Assembly: GCA_963827655.1 (NCBI GenBank)
Contig: CAWHCF010000032.1
Span: forward strand, 32,001-96,000
Direction: 5' to 3'
DNA from: an uncultured Acidobacteriota bacterium
Lineage (GTDB): Bacteria > Acidobacteriota > UBA6911
Length of the DNA: 64,000 nt
Position 1 is the first letter of the stretch; each line of letters begins with the position of its first letter. A program made the translations under genes and the position numbers. A model generated the notes under the pieces. That model was not told the origin of the DNA. It saw only the letters and a program-made list of their open reading frames with translations, and did no database searches. This document shows, one piece after another, positions 51,872 through 61,987 of this stretch.

Positions 51872-52845
51872 GATTTGGCCGACTCAGAAAACGGCACTCT
51901 CGCCGGGCGGCCCTCCGTGTTCCCGAGGCCGAGAGTGTCCCGAATCAGGTAGAGAGGACGCTGCTTTGTCTCCTCGTAGATCTTCCCGATGTAGACGCCG
52001 ATAATGCCCATGATGATGAGCTGGATCCCGCCGACGAAAGACACAAGGATTATCAGAGAAGTCCAGCCTGGAACCACGTTGCCGGTGACGAGCCGCGCGT
52101 AGAGAACATAGAACATGTACACGCAGCCGAGCAGAGCCATCAAGGCGCCGACGTATATGGCCATGTACAAAGGCGTCGCGGAGAAGGAGACGAGCCCGTC
52201 AATCGCAAAGCGCATCATGCGGCGCGCGCTGTATTTGGATGTCCCGCTGTGCCGTGCCGGCGCCTCGTAAGGTACGGCGATGGAACGAAAACCTGCCCAG
52301 CCCACGAGACCGCGGAGAAATCGCGTTCTTTCCCGGATCTGACGAAAGGCCTCAACAACCCTGCGGTCCAGGAGACGGAAGTCGGCGGAGTTGGCCGGGA
52401 CGTCGATTCCGCTCAAGGCACTAAATACTCGGTAGAAAAACTTCGCAGACCATCGCTTCAGCGTTGTCGCGTCTTGCGTGTCTTTGCGAATCGTGTAGAC
52501 GACTTCGTAACCGTTCTTCCAGTGACCGAGAAATTCTCTGATCAGAGCCGGCGGATGCTGCAGGTCAGCATCCATCGCGATGACGGCGTCGCCCTGGGCA
52601 TGGTCCATTCCGGCGGTCAGAGCTGTCTGGTGGCCGAAGTTTCGGGAGAGGGAGAGCAGTTTGACGCGGGGGTCGAAACGGTGAAGCGAGGCGATTTGAT
52701 CGACCGAGGAATCCGTGCTGCCGTCGTCCACGAAAATAATCTCGAAGCCGCACGGCACGGATTCGAGTTCCGCAGCGACCCGCTGGTAGACCTCCCGGAT
52801 GTTTGTTTCTTCATTGAAGACTGGAATGACAACCGAAAGCTCCAT
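51868..52845 (-). CDS. GT2 polyprenol-phosphate glycosyltransferase (GtrB/YkcC-like)
   Basis: SVVIPVFNE, VDDGSTD, SRNFGHQ, MDADLQHPP, two C-terminal TM helices, KQRPLY. Confidence 0.92.
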   Translation of the reverse strand: MELSVVIPVFNEETNIREVYQRVAAELESVPCGFEIIFVDDGSTDSSVDQIASLHRFDPRVKLLSLSRNFGHQTALTAGMDHAQGDAVIAMDADLQHPPALIREFLGHWKNGYEVVYTIRKDTQDATTLKRWSAKFFYRVFSALSGIDVPANSADFRLLDRRVVEAFRQIRERTRFLRGLVGWAGFRSIAVPYEAPARHSGTSKYSARRMMRFAIDGLVSFSATPLYMAIYVGALMALLGCVYMFYVLYARLVTGNVVPGWTSLIILVSFVGGIQLIIMGIIGVYIGKIYEETKQRPLYLIRDTLGLGNTEGRPARVPFSESAKS

Positions 52846-52897
52846 AGGTCCGGAAGTTCAGTCTATTACTTTTAGTTGGCCGAATAGACGAAACAAA

Positions 52898-52992
52898 ATT
52901 CTTGGTGTTTCTTCGTGTCTTTGCGTCCTCGTGGTATTGTTTTGCAGTCTAACTAGACCACGAAGACATCAAAGACGCTAAGAGACGCGAAG
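52898..52992. repeat. 8-bp-periodic palindromic repeat, copy C; overlaps the YfhO stop codon
   Basis: attcttggtgtttcttcgtgtctttgcgtcctcgtggt ... accacgaagacatcaaagacgctaagagacgcgaag. Confidence 0.8.
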
Positions 52993-55734
52993 TAATCGGC
53001 GGCTCGGCGAAGGCCTTGTCATCACCATTGCGATTCCGAGGGCGGCGAGTGACAAGAGACTCACCGCGAGGCCCCACTGAAAGGTCTTCGACCGATAACG
53101 GAACTCGACCGTGTGTTTTCCGGCGGGGACGGGAACGGTTCTCAGGACATGATCTCCCCTGAGTATCGGCGCGGCTTTGCCGTCGATGAACGCTTCCCAT
53201 CCTGGGTAGAAGACCTCACTCAACACTACGAAGGAGGGGCGCGCGAGTTCTACCGCGACTGTCACCCTGTGAGGCTCGTGCAACATTATCGTGGCAGTGC
53301 CGGCGGGCGGCTCGCCTGGGCCCGGGGTCAGCCGGGCGATCCGGAGCGAATCTATGTTTGCGCTGCACGCCTCGGTCTTGCTGATCGAGAGACGGTATTC
53401 CTCGGGCGCGAGCGGGCCCAGATCGACAGCAGCCCGGCGCGGCAACTCCGTTTCGCGTGCGAGGTCCAGCGCTCCTGGCAGCTCCACCTTGATCTCCGAT
53501 GCCTCGCGCGGGCTCTCGAGCGCGAGCGCGAGGCGCGAGCTGTCAGGGCCGGTGGGATAGTAATCGAAGATGACGAAGCAGTGCTCCAGCCGTGTCTCCG
53601 GCCGCAAAGAAATCGACAACTCATCCCCAACGCTCCAGCCCCACGGAGCCTCGCGTCCGAATTGCTCCAGGCGCTCATTCTCGTCGCGCGCAGTTTGTGC
53701 CTTCTTCTGCGAGATCGTCCGGTGCGATCGAATGCGCACCTGTATTCCGTCATCTTCGTTGCGAACGCCTTCGAGCCAAGAGGGCGGGAGCCGGCTGGCT
53801 TCTTCCTCGGTCAGCAAGACGGTTTCGCGCGGATTCAATAGCGGGCTCTTGAGCCACTCGAGCAACTCCGGTCCGGACCGGAACGCGCGATATTGCGAAA
53901 CCACGAATGCTCTGGGAACGGCTCGGACATTGCGATAGATCGGCTGCTCCCCGTCCAGCACCTTGCTCATTCCGGGCACGGGAACGCGGCTCACAACATA
54001 ACGGACGTTCAGAAGGGCCGACGCGTTCGACGCCGGAGCCCACCCGGTACCGCGAAAATCGAAATAATCCACGAGGCCGGTTGCGCCGTACCCCATGGTG
54101 GCGTCGAGTCGAAGGACGTCTCCGTAGTTCCGCGGGAAATTGACATCAGGGTCGTCCACCCGGAAGAATTCCTGGTTTCGCAGCGCTCGGAGGTGCTCCA
54201 TCGCGGGAGTCTTCTTCCAGACAAACCGGATGTCGGCGTCTTCCCACCTGGATGGGCGGTTCTTCTCCGCGGCGCTCCGGGAGATCTGCGACGAAAGATC
54301 CAGGCAGACGGCGGCGATCATCAGCCCTCGAAAGAGAGGCGCCTGGATTCTACCGGTATGCAGCATGAAGAGGGCCAGTCCCAGCACAAACAGGAAGGTG
54401 GCAAGCCCCGCGCACGCCGTTACGTACGGATGATCGAAACTCACGTCTTTGAGGAAACGGAGCCCAGCCAGGACGCCCGCCGAGCCTGCGACCAGGACCG
54501 AGATTCCCCAACCCGCTCGCCGGACGAATTCTCCGACACCGGCGTCCCGGTCTCCCGTATACGCCGCCACCAGGTGATCGAGCCCCCAACCTGCCAGCAA
54601 CGCGATGCAAGCCTGGAACAGGACCAGGTAATAGTGGACTTCACGCGCGAACCAGAGGCCTGGGAGGAACGTGTTCACCCAGCCGTGGAGCGCCGAGAAC
54701 TGACCCCAGCTCAGAAAGAAGTAAGCGATGGCCGCAAACGTGAAGAATTGCGCCTCGCGCTGGCGTACGAAAAGGATCCCCAGCAGCGCCAGGAAGACGA
54801 CCACACAACCAGTGTACATGTTGGCGCCAGTGCTGAGGTATGGGAATACCAGCGAAAGCATATCCTGTGGGAGGATGTTCGGCGCGCGCTGGAGTCTCGA
54901 GTAGGGAATCCTGTCACCCAATCGGACCGGGTCCCCTTCACCGACCCAGCGATAGACGTGCCGCGCCCATTCGGCCGACGGGAGCCATTGCAAGGCGGTG
55001 ATTAAAGCCGCGATGATTCCGACCGAACCGAGGATGACGAGTGGCCCGATCCAGCTTTTCCTGGCGGATCCTCTCCAGTCCCGAATCACCACGAAGACGG
55101 CATAGCCCGCCAGTAGCAATGCCGTGTGCACCGCCGGGACGTGATGGCCGGGAAGGAAAGTAAGCGCCAGACACGATCCGCTCGCGAGTGTCCAGCGGCA
55201 GCGACGCTTCCAGGGAGCGCTGGTCAGCGCCTTATGAAAACAGAGTAATACGAGCGGCATCCACACGAAACCGCTGAACGCATTGACATATCCGCCGAGC
55301 TGAGCTGTGTACCCCCCCAGCGCGAAGCTGATTCCGGCAAGCGCCGCTCCATATGGGCTCAGCGCGAGCGAGCGCGCGAGCAGATAAAAGAAATAGGCGG
55401 CAAGCAGATAGTCCAGGATTAACAGTGCCTGCAGTCCGTCGAGGTTGATTCCTCCGCTTCGGGCAGGCAGAAGCATGAAAACCCAATTGAGGGGGTAGAA
55501 TATTCCCGGCTGGGGTTCCCCCATGAAAGACTTGCCCGCGTAAACATACGGATCCCACAGGAGGAAAACACCCTTCTTGAGCCAGTACGCCGAAACGTCG
55601 AACCACGGGAAATACAGCGAGTTCATGTCGCCGCCGGCCAGGAGTGTGAAGTCGCCGTGAAAGATCACTTTCCAGAAGGCGAGGAGCACCACCGCAATGA
55701 AAAACAGGAGAGGATAGATCGGTCGAAGACTCAT
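52978..55734 (-). CDS. YfhO family multipass membrane protein (GT-C-like)
   Basis: LWDPY..AG, FYPLN, many TM helices, C-terminal LSEVFYPGWEAFIDG...VPVPAGKHTVEFRY. Confidence 0.88.
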   Translation of the reverse strand: MSLRPIYPLLFFIAVVLLAFWKVIFHGDFTLLAGGDMNSLYFPWFDVSAYWLKKGVFLLWDPYVYAGKSFMGEPQPGIFYPLNWVFMLLPARSGGINLDGLQALLILDYLLAAYFFYLLARSLALSPYGAALAGISFALGGYTAQLGGYVNAFSGFVWMPLVLLCFHKALTSAPWKRRCRWTLASGSCLALTFLPGHHVPAVHTALLLAGYAVFVVIRDWRGSARKSWIGPLVILGSVGIIAALITALQWLPSAEWARHVYRWVGEGDPVRLGDRIPYSRLQRAPNILPQDMLSLVFPYLSTGANMYTGCVVVFLALLGILFVRQREAQFFTFAAIAYFFLSWGQFSALHGWVNTFLPGLWFAREVHYYLVLFQACIALLAGWGLDHLVAAYTGDRDAGVGEFVRRAGWGISVLVAGSAGVLAGLRFLKDVSFDHPYVTACAGLATFLFVLGLALFMLHTGRIQAPLFRGLMIAAVCLDLSSQISRSAAEKNRPSRWEDADIRFVWKKTPAMEHLRALRNQEFFRVDDPDVNFPRNYGDVLRLDATMGYGATGLVDYFDFRGTGWAPASNASALLNVRYVVSRVPVPGMSKVLDGEQPIYRNVRAVPRAFVVSQYRAFRSGPELLEWLKSPLLNPRETVLLTEEEASRLPPSWLEGVRNEDDGIQVRIRSHRTISQKKAQTARDENERLEQFGREAPWGWSVGDELSISLRPETRLEHCFVIFDYYPTGPDSSRLALALESPREASEIKVELPGALDLARETELPRRAAVDLGPLAPEEYRLSISKTEACSANIDSLRIARLTPGPGEPPAGTATIMLHEPHRVTVAVELARPSFVVLSEVFYPGWEAFIDGKAAPILRGDHVLRTVPVPAGKHTVEFRYRSKTFQWGLAVSLLSLAALGIAMVMTRPSPSRRLLRVS

Positions 55735-55832
55735 CCGCGGCGGGCTTCAGAGGGAAGAATCATGATGGGGTCGAAACTAGGTCTTCGTGCCCTTTGCATT
55801 ACTACGCCGTAACTTCTTGCTTTTTTGGCAAG

Positions 55833-56004
55833 ATTCTTGGTGTTTCTTCGTGTCTTTGAGTCTTCGTGGTATTTGTTAGACAGCTCTAACCACAAAGACA
55901 CGAAGACACAAAGAAACACTAAGAGCACTTCGGTTGCGGCCTCATGGCCGCTTGAGTCTTAGTGGTTTGGTTTGTTCGACCGCACTAACCACTAAGACGC
56001 GAAG
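55833..56004. repeat. 8-bp-periodic palindromic repeat, copy B (longest)
   Basis: Near-identical to 20134-20271, including the loop atttgttagacagctcta; second hairpin contains ccgcactaacc. Confidence 0.85.
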
Positions 56005-56042
56005 CGCGGCGGGCGCTACATCGGCGGATCCCGGAAACGGAA

Positions 56043-59000
56043 TCAGAAATACACCTTTACTGCAAGCTGGATGATCCGCGGGTCGCGCGCGCCGTTGTAT
56101 TCACCGAAGTACGTTCCGAGCACCGCGGTGCTACCGGACGGGCGCGTGTTATTGGTGACCGACAGTTTGGTGTAGTCGTTGAAGATGTTCGCGCCGGTTG
56201 CGCCTGCCGAGTTGGTAACATTGGTGGTCCGGTTCACGCCCGAGAACTGGGTGTGGTTCAGGAAGTTGAACATCTCGAGACGCAGCTGCACGAACCGTTT
56301 CTCATCCCCCTTGAGCGGGAAGTTCTTCAGAATCGAAAGATCGTGGACGTTGAATCCCGGGTTACGCAGGTACATCCGCGGGAATGGACCTTTGTCTCCG
56401 ATTCCAGGGACGGTAAACGCCGCCGAGTTGATCTCGTTGGGGGCGCCCTGCGGGTTCCCGGTCACGTAGAAGCGGGGCTGCTGGCCCGACAGGTTGCCGG
56501 TGCTGTAAGCCCCGAGGATGCGGTTGCCGGTGTCCTGACCGGTTACCGTAAGGCCGAGCTCTGCCGGGTTTCCGGAAGCGATCGACGAGACCCCGGAGAT
56601 CACCCAGTTGTCACCCACAGCGCGAGAAAGCCAGTTGTCGCCCAGGAACCCGCTCCCCGGCGGCAGATTCCAGACGTAGTTGGCCGCGAAGTAGTGCGGG
56701 CGGTCGAAGCCGGCAAGGGCGTAGTCGTAGCCCCGCGGGTCGGTCGCGTGGGTGAACGTGGTTTCGTCCGAGATCGTAGTCTTGGTCCTCGAAAACGTAT
56801 ACGCTACGCCGAGGCTCAGGCGTCGAGCGAAGCGCCGCTGCAGCGAAACCTGCAGAGAGTCGTAGGTCGAATTGGCGTCGAAGGAGTTGTAGGTGATGTC
56901 GCTATAGCCCTGGTAGGGCCGCAGGAAGTCGGCCGGAAGCGCGAACTGGCCGCTGAATGCCAGGCCGGCAGCCTGGTGGGCTGCGGGCAGGTTCGGTTCC
57001 GCGGACGGTATCACGCCGCCGGAGAACCTGGTGGGGTCCTGCCCCCCCGCCAGGAACGTCGTCCCGTAGGATATGGAGTTCAGGTTTCTCCTGCGCGGAA
57101 GGTGACGAGCCTGGGTTCCCACGTATGCCACATCGAGGACGGTATCCTTGAACAGCTCCTGCTGTATGCCAATGCTGTAGCTGTAGGTGACGGGCCAGTC
57201 TCCGACCTGGTCGACGCCGAAGATCGCCGAAGGAGAGAGCGCGCCACTTCCGCCGCTCTGGATCTCCTGCAGATAGCCAAAATTCAGGGTCGGGTTAAAG
57301 ACATAGGGGGGGTTCGCGGCACCGCCGCCGTTGACGTCGCTGCGGTACCGATCATAGAAGGAGCCAAAGCCTCCCCGAACGACTGTCTTCCCGTTCCCGG
57401 AGGGGTTCCAGGCCACCCCCACCCTCGGCTGCCACAGAATCCCTTGACTATCGAGGCCGCCAGGCGGATAGCCGGCCGTCGTCTGGCCGAGACCGTTGGT
57501 GAGGTCTCCGGAGCTCGGTACCAGTTTTCCGACAAGGTATCCTGGCTGCGTGTTGGCAAGCGTGGGCGGGCCGGCGACGGCCGGGTCCAACGCCCGGTAC
57601 GCCGCCTGCCCTGATGCGCAGGTGGCTGCGCCGACGCAGGCAGGACGAAAGATGCGAGGGGCCTTGTTGGGATCGAACAGACCGGAGTTGAAGATGCTCT
57701 CCGGGCCCACGATGTTGTGATACGGCTCGTAGTACGAGAACCGCATTCCAAGATCGAGCGTCACCCGCGGACTGAGCTTCCACGTGTCCTGGATGTATCC
57801 TGAGATGTCCTGATAGAAGTAGCTCTGGAGCACTTTTCGTGCTGGCCTGGGTGTACGAACTGTAGATGCCCAGGAGGGCGTTCGAGAACGGGTAGCCCGT
57901 GTTGAGCGGGTTGGAGGCGTTGTTCGAGAAGTCGATGTCGCTCTGGACGCGGTTCTGGGAGTTGCTCGCGTTCGAAGCGCGTTGATAGAAGAACCCGAAC
58001 TTCCACGTGTGGTTTCCCCTCACCTTCGTGAGGTTGTCGAGGAAATTATTGATGACAAACCGCTGGTCGAACGTCCCGAACACCATGGTGTTTCCGACGG
58101 TTGCAACGCTGGCGATACCTCCCAGCATGATGCTTGGGATCAGATTGGGGGTATTGGCGTCGGGGTAGAGGAGCGGCGTATTGATCCCGGTCGTCGTGCG
58201 GGTCGCCCTGTCGTCGGCCGGCGCGATGGTCACACCCCCGCGGCCGGTTCCGAAGACGAACTCGTTGACCAGCGTCGGATTGAAGCTGTGGGTGAGAGTG
58301 AAGGACAGAACGTTCCCCGGTCCGTTCTTGCGATCCGTCACGGTCAGCGGCCAGTTCCACGACGCAGTCGTGGTCCCGTATGCAAACTGCTGGTCGTCGT
58401 AGTTGTAGACCCAGCGTCCGCTCAAGCGGGTCGCAGCCGCGATCTGCCAGTCAATCCGAAGAATGTTCTCCCGGCGCGGGTAGGAGCTGGGCACCTGCGA
58501 GGTGTAGTTGTAGACATTACCGCCCGCGGTGGTGTTCGGGTCGGGGAAGAGCCGGAGGATCGCCTGGCCTGGGCCGTACAGCCGGCTGGAGGGAATGACG
58601 TTGCCCGGGAACGCCTGGCCGGTCTGCGGATCGACTATCGTGATCGCCCGACCGCTGCCGTCGACGGAGCCGGCGAAGTTTCCGGCGCGTTCAGCCGGAG
58701 TCGGCACGCGGATGTTCATCGACGCGAGCTGAGGAACCAGCTGGTCGTAGTATTCCTGGTTGATGAAGAAGAACAATTTCCCCTTGCCGACCAGCGGGAC
58801 CGGGCCGCCGAAGTCCCAACCGTAGAAGTTGTAGCGATACAGCGGGCGCGGGACATTGCGCGCGTTGTTGAAGAAGTTGTTGGCGTTGAGGCTGTCGTGG
58901 CGGCGGAAGTAACGCCCGGACCCATGGTACTCGTTGCTCCCGGAGCGGGTCGTGAGCGCGATGAACCCTCCAGCCGAGCGGCCGTATTCCGCCGAGTAGT

Positions 59001-59697
59001 TCGAGGTCAGGATACGGACCTCTTCGAGCGCGTCGGGGTTGACGGAGACCAGCGCCCCGGTGTTGTTGCCGAGGTTGTAGTTGGTCACGCCGTCGACGGT
59101 ATATTCGTGCATCGTATTGCGCGTGCCGTTGACGGTGAAACTCCCGGTGATGTTCGTAACGGTGGAGGCTCCGCTGCCCGAGGCGGCGCCACCGGAGATC
59201 ACTCCCGGAACCAGCTTTGCCAGATCGATTACGTTGCGGCCATTGAGCCCGATGTTGCGGAGCTGTTTCCCGGTAAGGAGGTCCGATCGCTCGCCCGACT
59301 CGGACTGAATCTGGAGCCGCCCCGTGTCGGCCTCGACCGTCACGGTTTCGCTCACGTTCCCGACCGCGAGAACGAAGTCACCGACGTTAACCTTCGCCGC
59401 GCTCGGGAGAATGACGTCGCTCTTCTCTGTCTTCTTGAAACCCGGCAGCTCGACCGAGATCGTGTACGTTCCCGGCGGAAGCTGCGGGAAGACGAAGACT
59501 CCGTCCGGATTGGTCAGCGCGGTCTGACTGATCGCCTGCCCGGGATTGACGAGGATAACGGTCGCTCCGGGCAGGACGGCGTCGCTACTGTCCTTGACTG
59601 TGCCGGTAATCGTGCTTGCGCTCTGCGCGAGAGCAGCGGCGGCCATAGAGACCATCAACAAGATCGTCGCAATTCCAACCCTCAGAGTTCCGGTCAT
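56043..59697 (-). CDS. TonB-dependent receptor, acidobacterial type; frameshift near 57830
   Basis: Signal peptide, GLNGRN, YSAEYGRSAGG, RHDSLNANNFFNN, C-terminal PRIIQLAVKVYF. Confidence 0.9.
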
Positions 59698-59850
59698 AGA
59701 CTCCTCCTTCTTCGCCCCATTCTGAGCTCTTCTCACCGTGTCGAACTTGAATCTGAATACTGACAGCTAAGCACGCTTGAGTTTCGCGAGTCAAAAGGAA
59801 AAACGAAATCTATAATATTGTGCCGTGGTTCGGCTGAAGGACCCAGGTCG

Positions 59851-59985
59851 TGGTCATTGGTCATTATTTTTCATTAGTCATTTGTCATTTCATGGATTCT
59901 TCATTCGTCGCCGCATGTGATGGTCCAATCAACGGGAAACCCCAAAATGACAAATGTACAAATGACCAATGACCAATGACCAATG
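59851..59985. repeat. Inverted arrays of 7-bp repeats (GGTCATT / AATGACC)
   Basis: tggtcat tggtcat ... tcattag tcatttg tcatt, then aatgaca aatgtac aaatgac caatgac caatgac caatg. Confidence 0.85.
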
Positions 59986-60065
59986 CCTTGGTCGATCCGG
60001 TCGCGGTGCTGCGGCAGGATTGAACGGGCGTCTATTCGATGTTGTGAATAAGGAAGGCTCCGCGG

Positions 60066-61250
60066 TTATCCGACAGCGGAAATGAACGCCTGGGCGAGCT
60101 CCTCGGGCGGGCGCCTATTGAGCGTTTCATTGACGTTCATCAGGATCATCTTTCCGGAGGGCTGCGGATCGCGAATAAATATGTTCGCGTCCGCCAGTTT
60201 CTTCTGCGCCGCCTTGAGATCATTCACCTGAAAGTGGAGTGCGAACACGTTGCTCCCCGAAGGAATTCGCTCCACACGGAAGCGCGGATGCTCGGAGAGC
60301 TTGCGCAGCATGACTTCGGATGCCTGAACCGCGTTTTTGAACCGATGGTCGAATCCCTTCGCGAAATGAAGGGCCACGGCGGCGTACTGCCACGCCTGGA
60401 ACATTCCACCGCCGAACTGCCGGCGCGTGAAAGCCATGTTTTCCAGAAGACTGCGCGGACCCGCCAGAATCGCGCCGGCTCCGGCGTTGAAGTACTTGTA
60501 TAGAGAGACGTACACCGTGTCGAACAGCGCGGAGTATTCCGCAGGCGAGATCCCGGTATAGGCTGAAGCCAGGAACAGTCGCGCTCCGTCCAGATGAAGG
60601 CCGATCTTCCTGGTGCGCGCGAAGGCCGAGATCTTCTTCATCTCGGCGAAATCAAAAACCTCGCCCGATTTGCGCCGCACCGGGCTCTCGATGGAAATCG
60701 CCCCGACGGGTACGGGAAGCGGCCCCCCGTCGAAACCGCGCATCTCCGCCTCAACCTCTTGAAGGGAAAACGTCGATCTGTCGGCGGCCAGGGGTACGAG
60801 GGTGAGGCCGCTAAGCAGCTGCGCGAAGTCCCCCTCGTCCTTGTAAAGGTGGCTCTCCCTCTGGACCAGCACCCGCCGGCGTTCGCCGGCCAGGAGCCGA
60901 ATGGCGAGATTGTTGGCCAGTGTTCCGGTTGGAAGAAACACGGCGTGTTCCTTTCCCAGCACGCTCGCCATGTGCTTTTCCAGCTCGGCCACCGGTCCCC
61001 CTTCGCAGTAGACATCTCGCTGCAGTTTCTGCTCGTCGCACAGCCGCGCAAGCAATTGCGCATACTCCGCGGCAGTGAGGCCCAGGCCATCCCCTGAGAA
61101 AACGACGCGCGGCTTTGAGCTGCCTTCCGGTGATTCCCAGCCCGACCCGAGGCTCTCATCGGCAGCGCAGACTGCGAGCGGAGCAGCCGGAATGGCGATC
61201 GTCGAGAGCAATCCCGTAGAAAGAAATTGACGGCGGTTCAGGCTTTGCAT
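60066..61250 (-). CDS. Threonine aldolase-family PLP enzyme with Tat signal peptide
   Basis: LNRRQFL; FLPTGTLAN, HLDGARL, SLYK (PLP lysine). Confidence 0.88.
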   Translation of the reverse strand: MQSLNRRQFLSTGLLSTIAIPAAPLAVCAADESLGSGWESPEGSSKPRVVFSGDGLGLTAAEYAQLLARLCDEQKLQRDVYCEGGPVAELEKHMASVLGKEHAVFLPTGTLANNLAIRLLAGERRRVLVQRESHLYKDEGDFAQLLSGLTLVPLAADRSTFSLQEVEAEMRGFDGGPLPVPVGAISIESPVRRKSGEVFDFAEMKKISAFARTRKIGLHLDGARLFLASAYTGISPAEYSALFDTVYVSLYKYFNAGAGAILAGPRSLLENMAFTRRQFGGGMFQAWQYAAVALHFAKGFDHRFKNAVQASEVMLRKLSEHPRFRVERIPSGSNVFALHFQVNDLKAAQKKLADANIFIRDPQPSGKMILMNVNETLNRRPPEELAQAFISAVG

Positions 61251-61457
61251 GTCGGATCCTCCCTGAAGTCTGTCCTGGAGAAATAATTCGGGGACAGTCA
61301 CCGAATAAGCGCAAGAATACTAGGGGGGAGCCGGGTCCAACAAGGGAATTCGGGTACGCCAGGAAACGTTGTGGGAGTCGCGAAGCGCGCGATGGCTCTG
61401 AATCCATACACGCATCTTGGTATTGGTCCAGACACGAAACTGGTTACGCAAAACTCG

Positions 61458-61680
61458 CGCCCTGAAAGGGCGATGGAAATTAGCCGGGGGCAAGCGGAGC
61501 GCTGCCCCCGGGTCAGCACACGACCAAAGAGACCCGCCCCGGAGGGGCGCTGGACGCTGCCCCTCAAGGGTCCTGCGGCCCTCAGCGGCGCGCTAGACTA
61601 TAAACCGCCACAGGATGCTCCCGGGCTAAGCGCACTCGCTTGCCCCGCGGCTAAGTTTGCGATCGCCCCCTCCGGATGCC
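61458..61680. repeat. Nested palindromic non-coding element (REP/PATE-like)
   Basis: cgccctgaaagggcg and cgccccggaggggcg hairpins; long arms ttagccgggggcaagcggagcgc / gcgcactcgcttgccccgcggctaa. Confidence 0.65.
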
Positions 61681-61987
61681 AAGTCGCCGAGAGCGATGAG
61701 ATGCGTGTAAAGTTAAGAGCAAGCTTGCGCACTCCAAAGAGACGAACAAGGGATAATTTTCCGGCAGAGTGTCGATTCGGGCGCTCGCCGTTCGACGTAC
61801 GGATGGAGGCCGCATCTTAAAATGCGCGACGTATCCCACGTCGAGAAGCGCTTCATTCCGCGTCAGGTCCCGCGCAAAAGCCGGCGGTCGCTGCTTTGAG
61901 GTAATGCCGGTCTTCCTTCATCCACGATAACTGCCGGCCTGCGGAACGTTCGCTGCCCGCCGTCTGGTAACATATGGGCAACGCGCC

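Noticed and set aside
1683-59697. About 15 frameshifted genes suggesting mass pseudogenisation or programmed frameshifting
   Set aside because: Single-base indels are scattered through unrelated, otherwise intact genes (ggt, terC, tricorn, TonB receptor), with no accumulation of in-frame stops and no shared slippery motif. Uncorrected long-read error is the simplest explanation; read polishing would decide.
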